A stretch of DNA of 64,000 bases, taken from contig OX337230.1 in assembly GCA_946965045.2 (NCBI GenBank), positions 992,001 through 1,056,000 on the forward strand, read 5' to 3'. Made by a program: the position numbers and the translations under genes. The DNA comes from Epithemia pelagica (Eukaryota; Protista; Bacillariophyta). Shown in pieces: positions 11,715-21,230 of the stretch; positions within the stretch are counted from its first letter, which is position 1; each line of letters opens with the position of its first letter. The notes below the pieces were generated by a model, which had not been told where the DNA came from, made no database searches, and worked only from the letters and a program-made list of their open reading frames with translations.

Positions 11715-13280
11715 TTAGTTATGATGTGGTTGGTTGCTTGCTCCTTCACTGTCGTCAAAAGGACCAATCTTGCCACCATCATCGACCGTCAATGTGTCTT
11801 GTCCTTCGTAATTTCGATCGTCGTCCAGCTTGTCCTCCTCTTCCTCCACATCATCATCATCGTCATCATCCTCATTGAGTGCCGTGGAGACTGTCACAGG
11901 CACGGTTGTGGAGTATGCTCGAGAATGCAACACCATGGCATGAGACTGTCCACTCCCTAAAACTGTGGCAGCGCCTGGTGTACCACCACCAGAAGAATTG
12001 GTATGCGGCTCATCCGACCGTCGTCCCTGAATCGAGCTGGCGGCAATCAAGGAGACCAATTTGGAATTTATGAACCGAATGAATTGAACAATTTCTAATT
12101 TGAAATAGACCAAGGAATTCAAAAAGCCTTGCAAGGGCAAAAACAGGGTCATGCAAAACAAGACTGGGAATCGAACATGATCCTTGTGCAATTGTTGCGA
12201 TCGCACAATGGTGGGGAACAAAAACGTCAAGATGAATACGCAAGCAAATTGAATGCCCTGAGTAAAGACAAAGCGACTGAGGACATTGGAGGAACGCTGG
12301 CGCTGCAATTGTTGATGCATGGCTGCCACCTCGGCGGCTGTCATGGAATAACTGCGAGTTGCCACGGTTCTGTGGTTGCTGCTGCTGTTCTCGTTCTCGT
12401 TGGTATTGTTGCGGCTTTCCGTGGTGGCTGTCACGGGAGGCGAGACTTGAAATGTTTCCGAAGAGGGCGCACGGGCAGCGGACGATGAGGCAGATGACGT
12501 TGCCGTGTCATTCCCTGTGGCCCCCTCAATGACGGCTTGTCCTCCCACGGATAGGCGAAACCAATGCATGCGTCCTGGTGTACTGTTTCGCAGAGTGCGG
12601 CTCACTTCGACGGCCTCCAATATTTGTTGAAATTGTCTCCGTTTGTTCGCCTGTTCTCGTTGATGGACATGTCGATACATGAGGGCAAACAAAATAACAA
12701 TGGTCCAAAATACGACCCACAGCGGACCGTAATACACGACAAATCTCAGCATGTCCGATTGTTCGGTTCCTGAAAACCAACACCACAATTCATTGGGGTT
12801 GAATTGATCATGGAGCAAGCCATAGGTGGCCGTAATACTTCCAAAGCAAGAGGGCAAGATATGAAAGCACATTCGATATCTTCGAAAGGGTCCCTTTTCT
12901 CGTTCGTTCCAATTGTGATTGACCGCCAAGTAGGAATAGACAGCCAAACTTAAATTGTACATGGGAATGGCAGAGGCAAAGGTTTGAAATAAAAATGCTT
13001 GTGTGCGACAGGTTTGGTCGGTTCCACTGGGTTGAAAAATATTGGGATTGTCCTCGCCATGATCGCGAGGAATGGCCCAGCTACCCACAATGTACATGGA
13101 ACTCGCACCAATGTCAAACAAGGACATGCCCAGCAAAATGGAGGAGAGTGTGGTACGTTTGGTGCGATCCTTGCGAATCAAAATGTCGTAGACAATGGTA
13201 CTCGATCCGACAATGGATAAACCACCCGTGCATTTGGCCGTAAGTTCTGCTGCTCGCAATTGTGCTGCCGTGTGACTCAT
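11715..13280 (-). CDS. 7TM GPCR, Git3/cAMP-receptor-like (paralog 2)
   Basis: Start MSHTAAQLRAAELTAKCTGG matches the other paralogs. Same seven helices and motifs (GSWAIP, ELWCWF, YGPLW, FLPLQGFLNSLVYF). Confidence 0.85.
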   Translation of the reverse strand: MSHTAAQLRAAELTAKCTGGLSIVGSSTIVYDILIRKDRTKRTTLSSILLGMSLFDIGASSMYIVGSWAIPRDHGEDNPNIFQPSGTDQTCRTQAFLFQTFASAIPMYNLSLAVYSYLAVNHNWNEREKGPFRRYRMCFHILPSCFGSITATYGLLHDQFNPNELWCWFSGTEQSDMLRFVVYYGPLWVVFWTIVILFALMYRHVHQREQANKRRQFQQILEAVEVSRTLRNSTPGRMHWFRLSVGGQAVIEGATGNDTATSSASSSAARAPSSETFQVSPPVTATTESRNNTNENENSSSNHRTVATRSYSMTAAEVAAMHQQLQRQRSSNVLSRFVFTQGIQFACVFILTFLFPTIVRSQQLHKDHVRFPVLFCMTLFLPLQGFLNSLVYFKLEIVQFIRFINSKLVSLIAASSIQGRRSDEPHTNSSGGGTPGAATVLGSGQSHAMVLHSRAYSTTVPVTVSTALNEDDDDDDDVEEEEDKLDDDRNYEGQDTLTVDDGGKIGPFDDSEGASNQPHHN

Positions 13281-14227
13281 GGTAGTACGGACACACGTCA
13301 ACAAGAAGAAGAGGTCACTTGTTCTTCTTCTCGTCAATCTCTCGTACTTCCGTTTCTATTTCACAGCAACCCAATGCTCCTCCTCGGCTTCCTTCCCACA
13401 GAATCCAGCGACCCAGAAAAAGATCAACGAAAGGTAATGCACTGGTTTCTTTCTTGCGTTTGTGCAACCACCAACAAACCACAGACAGTGGATCTCCACC
13501 CAATCCAAGGGCCCTGCGCCTCAGTGGATGGGGTGTGTTTTGTGTGGCAAGAGAAGGGAATTTGTTTGGTGTTTTGGATGCTGGAGTCGGTTTACCGACT
13601 GTTTCATTCTCTTGCCTCCCACAAACCAGCCAGCAACAATCTCACAACGAGGAGGAAAATATTCGTTCGCTGTTGTTGTCTAGCACTCTCTGTCGTTTGC
13701 TCGTCCCGACGTTACCACCGCAATGAATACCTCTCAATCGCACCAAGGAAATATGGAAGCGACAGCCAACATGGAGACACCGCAAGACAAACGTCAAAAT
13801 GGAAATTGGAGACTGGAGAGTCTGAAAGTCGAGGCTGGAGAGATCAAACACGCTTCTCTTTGTTTGTTTCCTATTACACACAGACAAGAAAGATCATAAT
13901 AAGGTACAAATTGAATGAATCATTCGATAATCGATAAAATCACAGATGCTCTATTCCAGAGAAAAACAGACCAACGTCGCGCACGTATACTTTCGACTTG
14001 CTTGCTCCGGAAGGATTTGGAAGTTCGATTCTGAATTCCGGCCGACGCCAAGATCAATCCTATCTCGTATACAGTCAGTATACAAGTGTGCACAGCACGC
14101 GCACTACCCATCACTTCAAAACTAACGGGGAGATAAAATATTTAGGAAAGTCAATGATATTGAGCTCTGAGGTGTTTCTGGACGATATTGGAATGTCGTC
14201 GGTTCAAACTTACATTGAAAGTTAACC

Positions 14228-14267
14228 CTCCGTATCGGTGACCACCTCTAAATCGTCTGCCAGTCGT
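14228..14267 (+). repeat. Left terminal inverted repeat of the MULE-like element
   Basis: ctccgtatcggtgaccacctctaaatcgtctgccagtcgt equals the reverse complement of 23471-23510 with 2 mismatches. Confidence 0.85.
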
Positions 14268-14447
14268 TCACCGAATTCTTCTCTGACCTGGTTTTTTTCC
14301 CTTTTGTCATACAAATTTTTTGGTCAATTTCCTATTCTTCACATCTCCTTCGTCGGCATTTGCGCCTCGCCCGACTCGGAAACTGTCCAACCGCCTTTCT
14401 CCAACTCTTTCAAATATGGCATCCAGATCCTTTCAATCAACTATAAG

Positions 14448-17400
14448 ATGACCATGACAACTGTTCCAATTGGAACAGCTCAAGATGCGCAAGCTGATAT
14501 TGATAATGCCATCCATCGTCAGTTCAACTGGCAAGCCGGACTTTATTTCACAGACCTTGAAAACTTTGACAATCAAGCAATAGATCTGTTTCAATTCACT
14601 GATAAAAACCACTACCATTTTCGACGACAATCATCCAAATCAAAAAGTACTGAAGAACTGCCACATTTGGTTATCTTTGACAGAAAGAAATATCCTCCGA
14701 ATGATGACGGCATTAAGAGACTGTGCACAGCTCTAAAGATTGAGGGTATCAAATCAGGAACTAACCTTGTCTATCGCAGCCAAGCGCATGTTCTCTCTTG
14801 TTTCCGTTGTAGGAAACATGGTCCCCGACGTTCGAAAGTCATCCCATCTACCAACATCCCCGACCAACCAAATGGAAGCCCGATGGACAACAATGATACG
14901 GCACAGCCAGACAACATTCTATCAGACGAAACTTTCGACAATGACGGTGTCCGTCTTGGTATACGACCATACCGATACCACCGTGATCGGAGCATGAACC
15001 GTTGTGGTGGGAAATCATCTGTTCGGGGAACTTCGACAATGCGACCTGTTCACGCTGAAGAAACATGCAAAGTTGCACTGCGTCTTGGTGTGAAAGAGGG
15101 TCCTGACGGGTACATATACCTCAAACAAGGGTGTGGACATCGACTTCATTCTTTCCACCCCAAACCACAAAAAGGTGATCTGTGTTTTGCTAAACGCCAC
15201 ATTTCCGACTCCACATACAAGCTCATTACCAGTGGTGCTAAAGTTTCTGTGGGCAATGGCTCTCTAAGATGCATTGTCTTAGAAAATCAAAGTGAGCTGA
15301 TATCCCGTGGATCAATACAAAGAATTCGAATGGAGCCTGACTTCCTAACAAACAATGAGCAACGTGAGTCCACTGCTTCCCAGATGGTGCACTGGTTACG
15401 AAAGCATGCAGCAGATCCAAATGTAGGATTGTGTTATTGCTTTCTCTCTTGCCGTCAAAGCAGATATCCCGGCTACCACCGACATCCCAAAGGAAGGCCT
15501 GGACAAACTGGAAGAATTCCTCTTGACAAAGTAGAGGAAAACATGGAATATGTGGATACTCTCGAGAATACCTATAGAACAGCTCAAAGTGTAGAACAAT
15601 CACAAGAGCTCCCTTTGGACAACGATGCACTCAATCAGACATTGAACATGGCTCGAGAAATTCATAATGATTCATTGATTGATCTCGAAAGTCATAGAAT
15701 TCTCCTGGGGGCAGGGTGGGTTGATGCTCAAGCCTTTGCCCAATTCCAAAGATTCCCCGAAGTTCTATTCATCGATTCCACCCATAAAACCAACAACGAA
15801 GCTCGTCCACTCCTCATGATTTGTGGCAGAGATCAGTCAGGGAAGGCATTTGTGGTTGCTCGAATATTTATGCCGAATGAGACCAGTGCATTTTACCGTT
15901 GGGTTTTCCTCAAGTGCCTGCCGTGTCTTCTTGGAGAAGCCAATCTAAAACGTGTGAAACTGGTAATCACTGATGGTGATGCCCAAGAGTTCGAAGCAGT
16001 TGAAGAGTCCTGCCTCCATTATCTGACGAATGCCTTCAGGGGGCGGTGTATGTACCATATTGTCCAAAAGACTTTTGAAAGAACTATCCCAAACTCAATT
16101 ACATGTTCGCCACATGGTCTCTTTGTTCTCCAAGCTATTCGGACATGGATTTATACATGGGGTGACGGATCCTCATGTTCATCCGAGATACAATTTAGTC
16201 TCTCCAAAGATCTTTTGCTTAAGAAGATTGAATCGGACAAATTGTGTCATTCAATATCACCAGAGGGTCTGGCTCTCCTCGGAAAGTGGCTCGTAGAAAA
16301 AATTCTTCCAAATGAAAACACCTTTGCATTTTGGCGAAAGAGGTTCCATCGGTGTTTTGACGAGTACATGAACAACTCTGGTGAAGCCATGAATAGATCA
16401 TGTAAACATTCTGATGTTTCAACACGTCCAAATATGTCAATGGCATCATCTGCAAATGCTATGTTCACCCATTCAAGTTTGTCTGCAAAAGATCGACGCT
16501 GTGCAGCGCTTCGCCAGATGGTGGCGACTCCACTTTTCATCAAGGAAGGTTCATGTCACAACGTAGATATTCTTCAAAAATTATCCAACATGGCACGTCA
16601 TATGCTTATACAGCAATATTCACAACGAAACAAGTATACTGTTCTCCGTCATTCAGAGAAAGTATGGTACATTCTCAGAAATTCTGTGTCACCATCTTCA
16701 GAATTCAAAACTAGAACAGTGGCTGGAATGGCTCCTCCCTCTTTCAAGACAGCTTGGCGTATGGAATTAAATAAACAGGATATCTTGTGTTGCGAGTGTG
16801 GATACAAACAGCGAAATGGAATACCGTGCCGCCATTTGTTCTGTGTTGAAGATGCATATGATTTGTCAGACATCTCAGTTCGATGGCAAATGGGGTACTC
16901 ATATTATGCATTTGTCTCTGAATATCCCTCCATTACAGAATCGTACTTACGTGGACATGACTCAGATCATGAGGGCATACGAATGAAGACTGATACATGC
17001 AGCTATAGCGGTCCTTACCCATATATATGGTCTGGTACAGAGTACACAATCGACCAGATGTATCAAGTCATTAATTCTCCTGTCCCTCTTTGTTGGAACT
17101 ATGAGATTGACGAATACCCAAAGCACTTTCGAGAGGCATTGCACAAGGAAATTAATGAAGTCAGGCCTGGTGAAAACACATGTGAAGACTGGGATTCCTC
17201 AGTGATCCCCGACGCTGAGGACAATTGCACGTTTACTCAAGAATCTGTGGAAATGACATCAAACTTCCAGTTTGATATTCCTGAAAATAAAGACGTCACA
17301 CATGGACAGCTCTTGACAATGTTAAAGGATATGTTGCCGTTGTTCAATTGTCAGCTCTCACGAAAACATCTTCTGCAAGTGTTGCATGATGCAAGAACAT

Positions 17401-17561
17401 GGCAAAGCAAGCGCCTTTCTCAACAACAAAGGAATATGTGTCATCGGGACAGAAATGAGAATGATATCAACGAGCCTTTTTTGTCCTCTAACGTTCCATT
17501 TGACACGGCAAAACAGTCAACACAAAATACATACAGAAGAAACCGACTACTGCCAAAATAG
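14448..17561 (+). CDS. MULE (Mutator-like) DDE transposase with SWIM zinc finger
   Basis: Uninterrupted ORF. FIDSTHKTN (D1), VITDGD (D2), RCMYH (CxxH), NNSGEAMN (E) and SWIM CCECGYKQRNGIPCRHL. First ATG at 14448. Confidence 0.9.
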   Translation: MTMTTVPIGTAQDAQADIDNAIHRQFNWQAGLYFTDLENFDNQAIDLFQFTDKNHYHFRRQSSKSKSTEELPHLVIFDRKKYPPNDDGIKRLCTALKIEGIKSGTNLVYRSQAHVLSCFRCRKHGPRRSKVIPSTNIPDQPNGSPMDNNDTAQPDNILSDETFDNDGVRLGIRPYRYHRDRSMNRCGGKSSVRGTSTMRPVHAEETCKVALRLGVKEGPDGYIYLKQGCGHRLHSFHPKPQKGDLCFAKRHISDSTYKLITSGAKVSVGNGSLRCIVLENQSELISRGSIQRIRMEPDFLTNNEQRESTASQMVHWLRKHAADPNVGLCYCFLSCRQSRYPGYHRHPKGRPGQTGRIPLDKVEENMEYVDTLENTYRTAQSVEQSQELPLDNDALNQTLNMAREIHNDSLIDLESHRILLGAGWVDAQAFAQFQRFPEVLFIDSTHKTNNEARPLLMICGRDQSGKAFVVARIFMPNETSAFYRWVFLKCLPCLLGEANLKRVKLVITDGDAQEFEAVEESCLHYLTNAFRGRCMYHIVQKTFERTIPNSITCSPHGLFVLQAIRTWIYTWGDGSSCSSEIQFSLSKDLLLKKIESDKLCHSISPEGLALLGKWLVEKILPNENTFAFWRKRFHRCFDEYMNNSGEAMNRSCKHSDVSTRPNMSMASSANAMFTHSSLSAKDRRCAALRQMVATPLFIKEGSCHNVDILQKLSNMARHMLIQQYSQRNKYTVLRHSEKVWYILRNSVSPSSEFKTRTVAGMAPPSFKTAWRMELNKQDILCCECGYKQRNGIPCRHLFCVEDAYDLSDISVRWQMGYSYYAFVSEYPSITESYLRGHDSDHEGIRMKTDTCSYSGPYPYIWSGTEYTIDQMYQVINSPVPLCWNYEIDEYPKHFREALHKEINEVRPGENTCEDWDSSVIPDAEDNCTFTQESVEMTSNFQFDIPENKDVTHGQLLTMLKDMLPLFNCQLSRKHLLQVLHDARTWQSKRLSQQQRNMCHRDRNENDINEPFLSSNVPFDTAKQSTQNTYRRNRLLPK

Positions 17562-18918
17562 TGGAGCACAAGATGGTTCATTTGTTGGGGTTGACAGTCG
17601 GCACCTTGTTTGGGCCATTGGAGGGATCATTCTTTGGACTGGTCGTCGGCAAACTGAGTGGAGCACAAGATGGTTCATTTGTTGGGGTTATCAGTCGGCA
17701 CCTTGTTTGGGCCATTGGAGGGATCATTCTTTGGACTGGTCGTCGGCAAACTGAGTGGAGCACAAGATGGTTCATTTGTTGGGGTTATCAGTCGGCACCT
17801 TGTTTGGGCCATTGGAGGGATCATTCTTTGGACTGGTCGTCGGCAAACTGAGTGGAGCATAAGATGGTTCATTTGTTGAGGTTGACAGTCGGCACCTTGT
17901 TTGGGCCATTGGAGGGATCATTCTTTGGACTGGTCGTCGGCAAACTGAGTGGAGCACAAGATGGTTCATTTGTTGGGGTTGACAGTCGACACCTTGTTTG
18001 GGCCATTGGAGGGATCGTTCTTTGGACTGGTCGTCGGCAAACTGAGTGGAGCACAAGATGGTTCATTTGTTGGGGTTGACAGTCGGCACCTTGTTTGGGC
18101 CATTGGAGGGATCGTTCTTTGGACTGGTCGTCGGCAAACTGAGTGGAGCACAAGATGGTTCGTTTGTTGGGGTTGACAGTCGGCACCTTGTTTGGGCCAT
18201 TGGAGGGATCGTTCTTTGGACTGGTCGTCGGCAAACTGAGTGGAGCACAAGATGGTTCATTTGTTGGGGTTGTCAGTCGGCACCTTGTTTGGGCCATTGG
18301 AGGGATCGTTCTTTGGACTGGTCGTCGGCAAACTGAGTGGAGCACAAGATGGTTCATTTGTTGGGGTTGACAGTCGGCACCTTGTTTGGGCCATTGGAGG
18401 GATCGTTCTTTGGACTGGTCGTCGGCAAACTGAGTGGAGCACAAGATGGTTCATTTGTTGGGGTTGACAGTCGGCACCTTGTTTGGGACATTGGAGGGAT
18501 CGTTCTTTGGACTGGTCGTCGGGAAACTGAGTGGAGCACAAGATGGTTCATTTGTTGGGGTTATCAGTCGGCACCTTGTTTGGGCCATTGGAGGGATCAT
18601 TCTTTGGACTGGTCGTCGGGAAACTGAGTGGAGCACAAGATGGTTCATTTGTTGGGGTTGTCAGTCGGCACTTTGTTTGGGCCATTGGAGGGAACGTTCT
18701 TTGGACTGGTCGTCGGCAAACTGAGTGGAGCACAAGATGGTTCATTTGTTGGGGTTGACAGTCGACACCTTGTTTGGGCCATTGGAGGGATCGTTCTTTG
18801 GACTGGTCATCGGCAAACTGAGTGGAGCACAAGATGGTTCATTTGTTGAGGTTGACAGTTGGCACCTTGTTTGGGACATTGGAGGGATCGTTCTTTGGAC
18901 TGGTCATGGGCAAGCTGA
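17561..18918. repeat. Tandem array, 14 x 97 bp
   Basis: Unit gtggagcacaagatggttcatttgttggggttgacagtcggcaccttgtttgggccattggagggatcattctttggactggtcgtcggcaaactga recurs at 17561, 17658, 17755 ... 18822 with scattered substitutions. Confidence 0.97.
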
Positions 18919-18971
18919 GTTTTGTCCATTGGAGTCTGATGACAAGGCAATTGGACATTTTCGTTATTTTA

Positions 18972-21224
18972 TTAGTTGAGTGCTTCTTGAATAGAATCCG
19001 ATAAATATTTGGTTCTGGTAGAGTGTTCGAATTTTTCATCAATACGGGCATGTTTGATTCCTTTTGATATCACAGCCTCATGCTTCATGTAAATTTCATG
19101 TCCCAATTTGAATGTCGCATCATAGGGCCATCGTACAACTAGAGGTCCAACGGTGTAAACAGACATGCCATTTTTCTTCCATAACACAACACCACTCTTT
19201 GTGGGCTCGTACACAATTTGATCGGCCCATACAAGATCAGTGAATCTTTGTGCTTCTTTGTGTTGGGCTTGAAATATGTTGCACACAATACTCTCTGCAT
19301 TTCTTCGGGAACAAAATTTTCCTGACACATCTTCAACGGCCTTTGTGAAAGAATCAAGCAGTTGTTTTGTCCCTTGTTCCCCTTTCCTCAAACCATATTC
19401 ACGGCTCAAGAATTGAAAACCACATGATTCATGAGTACCTTGTATTTCGAAAGAATACCACAACGGGACACACCCAACAATGGACATTGCATTTATCAGA
19501 TGATTAGTTCCCACGACACCACATGAAGGCAAACTTCCCTTCAATCCCTTCATAGTCATGTTGTATAAGTTTGCCCTTGTTTTCTTGTTCGTTGGTGCAT
19601 CGTCATATCCGAATGATTGAATGCAGACAAATACCATATGCCGTATCTGTTCCTTAAACTGCTCGAAGGATGGTAGATTTGTTTCAGAACTTGTTGTAAA
19701 TCGTGTCCCAGGGATTGGTTTCTTTGAATTTTTATACGAACCATATATCTCGTGAACTCTTTCCAATAGGTTGTATCCAAATTCCAATCCGGTCTGCTTC
19801 AGCACAGGTCGCTGTAATACTTCAATAAGCGCAGCGGTAGCAAAGAACGTTGTGAAGGAACACAATGCAAAAGACCGGAAGATGCATATGACCTCCACAA
19901 AATCAAGATGGAATTGTTTGATCATTCGCAAACTGTAGTGAATAATGGGAGACACATAGATGGACGCCTCTAAATGACATGGATACAGACTGTAACCAAT
20001 TCCGCACCAAGCACCATCACTCTTGGTCGTCGTTGCAAATGTTAATGGGCCAGTGTTTTTTCTTGCATCGTCAATAGATTCATACCTGTGCAATAGGAAT
20101 CGGAGAGACGGACCAATGTCTTCGTTCTCCCTGCGCTCTGCATCCAATATGGACTTCCTTGTAGCGGCAATTACTGAAATTCTCAAAGAACGCACACCAC
20201 ATGGAACAACCTTGGAAAGAATCACAACCTCTGGAAAATTAGGATCATTGAGATCATCATCGTGAAAGCCACATTGTCCAACTTCTGCTGAATTTACGTC
20301 TGTCGCAGCTATCCGAATGTATTCAATTACATTCTCCTTATCGATTTGCTTTGCATACCTTTCCAGTCGCTGGGTCGAACGGCCATGCCAAACATGAGGA
20401 CAGTTTTGTTTGATCATTTTTGTCATTGTACAAAGTACCTTGACCATTATAGGGTCCATTGTTCCATCCAACATCGAAGGACGTGACAGTCTGTGATTGG
20501 CCTTATCACGAGAAAAGGCACGACCACCACCAAACCCGGCATCTTGCCAGAGATGTTGTCGTGGCATATGCATTGATCTGTCACTAACCATCCCTTCTTT
20601 CTGCGGAAGTAACAGAGAAGAAAGATCCTGCCATGGTATACCAATCTCCTCTATGATCCGTGTTTCAATAAATTGGAAGTCGGCTGAATTGGGTGGGAAA
20701 GAATCTTGCTTTGGAAAAACTGAATGGACGGGGATGATACATTCTTCTGGGAACTTGAAATCAGGTGCATTTGCAGTGAAATGTCCATGCGGAATGTGAA
20801 GTGATTTGGCCACTGTGCAGACTGTGACTTCATCCAATGGTTGGTAAATAGAAACAATGGAACTCATGTAGTCCAATCTGGCATGGAAAAAAGGACCTTC
20901 GGACATCATCTGCTTTTGTAGCGATCTGGGAACATCCTTCCACTTTTTTGATGGAATTTCAAAAAGGAATGGAAGAGCCATATTATACTTCACTGATGCT
21001 TTCTGATCCATCTTGTGCTTCTTGGAAACGTGCTTAGGCTGACGTTCTGCATCAATAATCTCACGCGATGTGGAAGTACTTATGTCTCGTGGAACCGACT
21101 GGGTCTCGACAGGAACCTTATCAACACTCGACCAACTTGTGTCTCCATCAAGTAGATCAGCAATAACACGGAGAAGACCAGATACCTTCCGACAACGACC
21201 CTCATCAACGAGTAATCGATCCAT
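18972..21224 (-). CDS. Transposon passenger protein (750 aa), uncharacterised; possible TET/JBP-like plus HhH/aGPT-PPase-like DNA-modification enzyme
   Basis: Intact intronless ORF of normal globular composition inside the TIRs, convergent with the transposase. Motifs CGFHDDDLN and LRISVIAATRKS, then LKGSLPSCGVVGTNHL...SCGFQFL...NAESIVCNIF. The ORF is solid; the function is only motif-level inference. Confidence 0.6.
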   Translation of the reverse strand: MDRLLVDEGRCRKVSGLLRVIADLLDGDTSWSSVDKVPVETQSVPRDISTSTSREIIDAERQPKHVSKKHKMDQKASVKYNMALPFLFEIPSKKWKDVPRSLQKQMMSEGPFFHARLDYMSSIVSIYQPLDEVTVCTVAKSLHIPHGHFTANAPDFKFPEECIIPVHSVFPKQDSFPPNSADFQFIETRIIEEIGIPWQDLSSLLLPQKEGMVSDRSMHMPRQHLWQDAGFGGGRAFSRDKANHRLSRPSMLDGTMDPIMVKVLCTMTKMIKQNCPHVWHGRSTQRLERYAKQIDKENVIEYIRIAATDVNSAEVGQCGFHDDDLNDPNFPEVVILSKVVPCGVRSLRISVIAATRKSILDAERRENEDIGPSLRFLLHRYESIDDARKNTGPLTFATTTKSDGAWCGIGYSLYPCHLEASIYVSPIIHYSLRMIKQFHLDFVEVICIFRSFALCSFTTFFATAALIEVLQRPVLKQTGLEFGYNLLERVHEIYGSYKNSKKPIPGTRFTTSSETNLPSFEQFKEQIRHMVFVCIQSFGYDDAPTNKKTRANLYNMTMKGLKGSLPSCGVVGTNHLINAMSIVGCVPLWYSFEIQGTHESCGFQFLSREYGLRKGEQGTKQLLDSFTKAVEDVSGKFCSRRNAESIVCNIFQAQHKEAQRFTDLVWADQIVYEPTKSGVVLWKKNGMSVYTVGPLVVRWPYDATFKLGHEIYMKHEAVISKGIKHARIDEKFEHSTRTKYLSDSIQEALN

Positions 21225-21230
21225 TTCGGA

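Noticed and set aside
17561-18918. 97-bp and 180-bp arrays as CRISPR arrays
   Set aside because: Units repeat in full with no unique spacers, there are no cas genes, and the context is eukaryotic.
17561-19051. Dozens of 65-190-aa ORFs (MEHKMVHLL..., MNHLVLHSV...)
   Set aside because: They are frame-rotating by-products of a 97-bp (non-triplet) tandem repeat.
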